From the NCBI GenBank assembly GCA_963705165.1, contig CAVPJD010000009.1:69666-133665 (forward strand): a stretch of DNA of 64,000 bases, in the 5' to 3' direction. The position numbers were made by a program, and so were the translations under genes. Within the stretch, counting starts at the first letter, position 1. Each line of letters starts with the position of its first letter. The notes below the pieces were generated by a model. The model did not search any database. It saw nothing but the letters and a program-made list of their open reading frames with translations, and was not told the origin of the DNA. Origin of the DNA: an uncultured delta proteobacterium (GTDB taxonomy: Bacteria > Desulfobacterota > Syntrophia > Syntrophales > UBA2192). This document shows, in pieces, positions 63,358 through 64,000 of the stretch.

Positions 63358-64000
63358 ATGGTGTCATCCCTCGTGCTTCACACCACGTTACCTCGTGTAC
63401 GAACGCGGGCCGGCCAGGTCCTGGTGGCCCTGGTCGTCGCCGGTGCCTGCGCCATGGCTCCCCGGGCGCTCGCCCAGGTTGCGGGCGTCGCCAAGACAGC
63501 GACCCCGGCCCCGACTCCGCCTGCGCCAGTCGTCGAGGCCGAGGCCGAGGCGCCGGATTCCCCTCGTGCCTCGATGCGGACCTTCCTTCACCTCGTCACT
63601 GTGAAGGGCGACTTCACGGCCGCCGCGAAGTACCTCGCGCTCCAGCCGGAACAGGTGTCGCGCGGCCCCGAACTCGCGCGGCGCCTGCGCGCCGTGCTCG
63701 AGCAACTGGACCGCATCGACACCGACGCGCTGTCGCCCTCCTCGGACGGCAACCGCGAGGACGGGTTGCCCGCCGGCGTGGACCAGATTGCGTCGGTGCC
63801 GGACGCGCAGGGGGGGTCCGATCCCGTCGTCCTGGTCCGGCGTCGGGACGAGCTCGGTACCCGGTGGGCGTTCTCGCCGCAGACCGTCGCCCGGATCGAC
63901 GGCTGGTACCGACAACCTGCCCGACCATTGGGTGCGGGACCGGCTGCCCGAGCCGCTGCTGCGCTACGGGCCGCACAATCTGATGTGGTGGCAGTGGCTG
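63358..64000 (+). pseudogene. Mechanosensitive channel (MscS family) N-terminal periplasmic region, 3'-partial, with one frameshift near 63905
   Basis: Hand translation from ATG 63358 gives MVSSLVLHTTLPRVRTRAGQVLVALVVAGACAMAPRALAQ...SPRASMRTFLHLVTVKGDFTAAAKYLALQPEQVSRGPELARRLRAVLEQLDRIDTDALSPSSDGNREDGLPAGVDQIASV...RWAFSPQTVARIDGWY. After a 1-nt shift it reads DNLPDHWVRDRLPEPLLRYGPHNLMWWQWL to the window end. The pattern is recalled from large MscS/MscK-type channels. Confidence 0.55.

Overview
This 64-kb window is composite. All functional calls come from reading the translations and recalling family motifs; no database search was run.

(1) nt 1 to ~43,360 (about 58-62% GC by spot counts) looks like a deltaproteobacterial/Syntrophia-like chromosome; this taxonomic label is inference.
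- It carries a partial APC permease and a Tat-signal O-methyltransferase.
- It carries a thiolase-like gene plus MarR, TetR and MocR regulators with their neighbouring genes.
- There is a LarA/GlcD/GlcF lactate-type cluster and a 5S-type carboxyltransferase.
- A complete kdpFABC-kdpDE locus lies on the minus strand.
- Further genes are HU, an FbpABC-like ABC importer, and a Fur-family (PerR-like) regulator next to katG.

(2) nt ~34.4-43.3 kb is a gene-decay zone.
- An HMGL-like gene, a ferritin-VIT1 gene, an ABC ATPase stub, an alpha/beta hydrolase, a nitroreductase and an Ig-like gene all carry frameshifts and/or in-frame stops.
- The last 4.7 kb is punctuated by six copies of a modular intergenic repeat and by a G29C7 homopolymer.

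(3) At ~43,360 the sequence switches within a few bases to ~70% GC, in the middle of an ORF.
- The remaining 20.6 kb has a different gene content that looks Acidobacteria/Gemmatimonadota-like (inference).
- It holds a truncated SDR epimerase, nhaA, a sodium:solute symporter, an FGGY kinase and a SIS-domain protein.
- It also holds a GT-C-like membrane protein, a CarboxypepD_reg-type TonB-dependent receptor, and a ~1,700-aa secreted HExxH multidomain protein with a fourfold uncharacterised C-terminal module.
- The segment ends with a DUF2252-like gene and a partial MscS gene.
- Many of these genes are broken by frameshifts while their neighbours are intact.

I saw no rRNA, tRNA, CRISPR array, transposase or integrase. 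The junction could equally be an assembly chimera or a real acquisition, and the sequence alone cannot decide.
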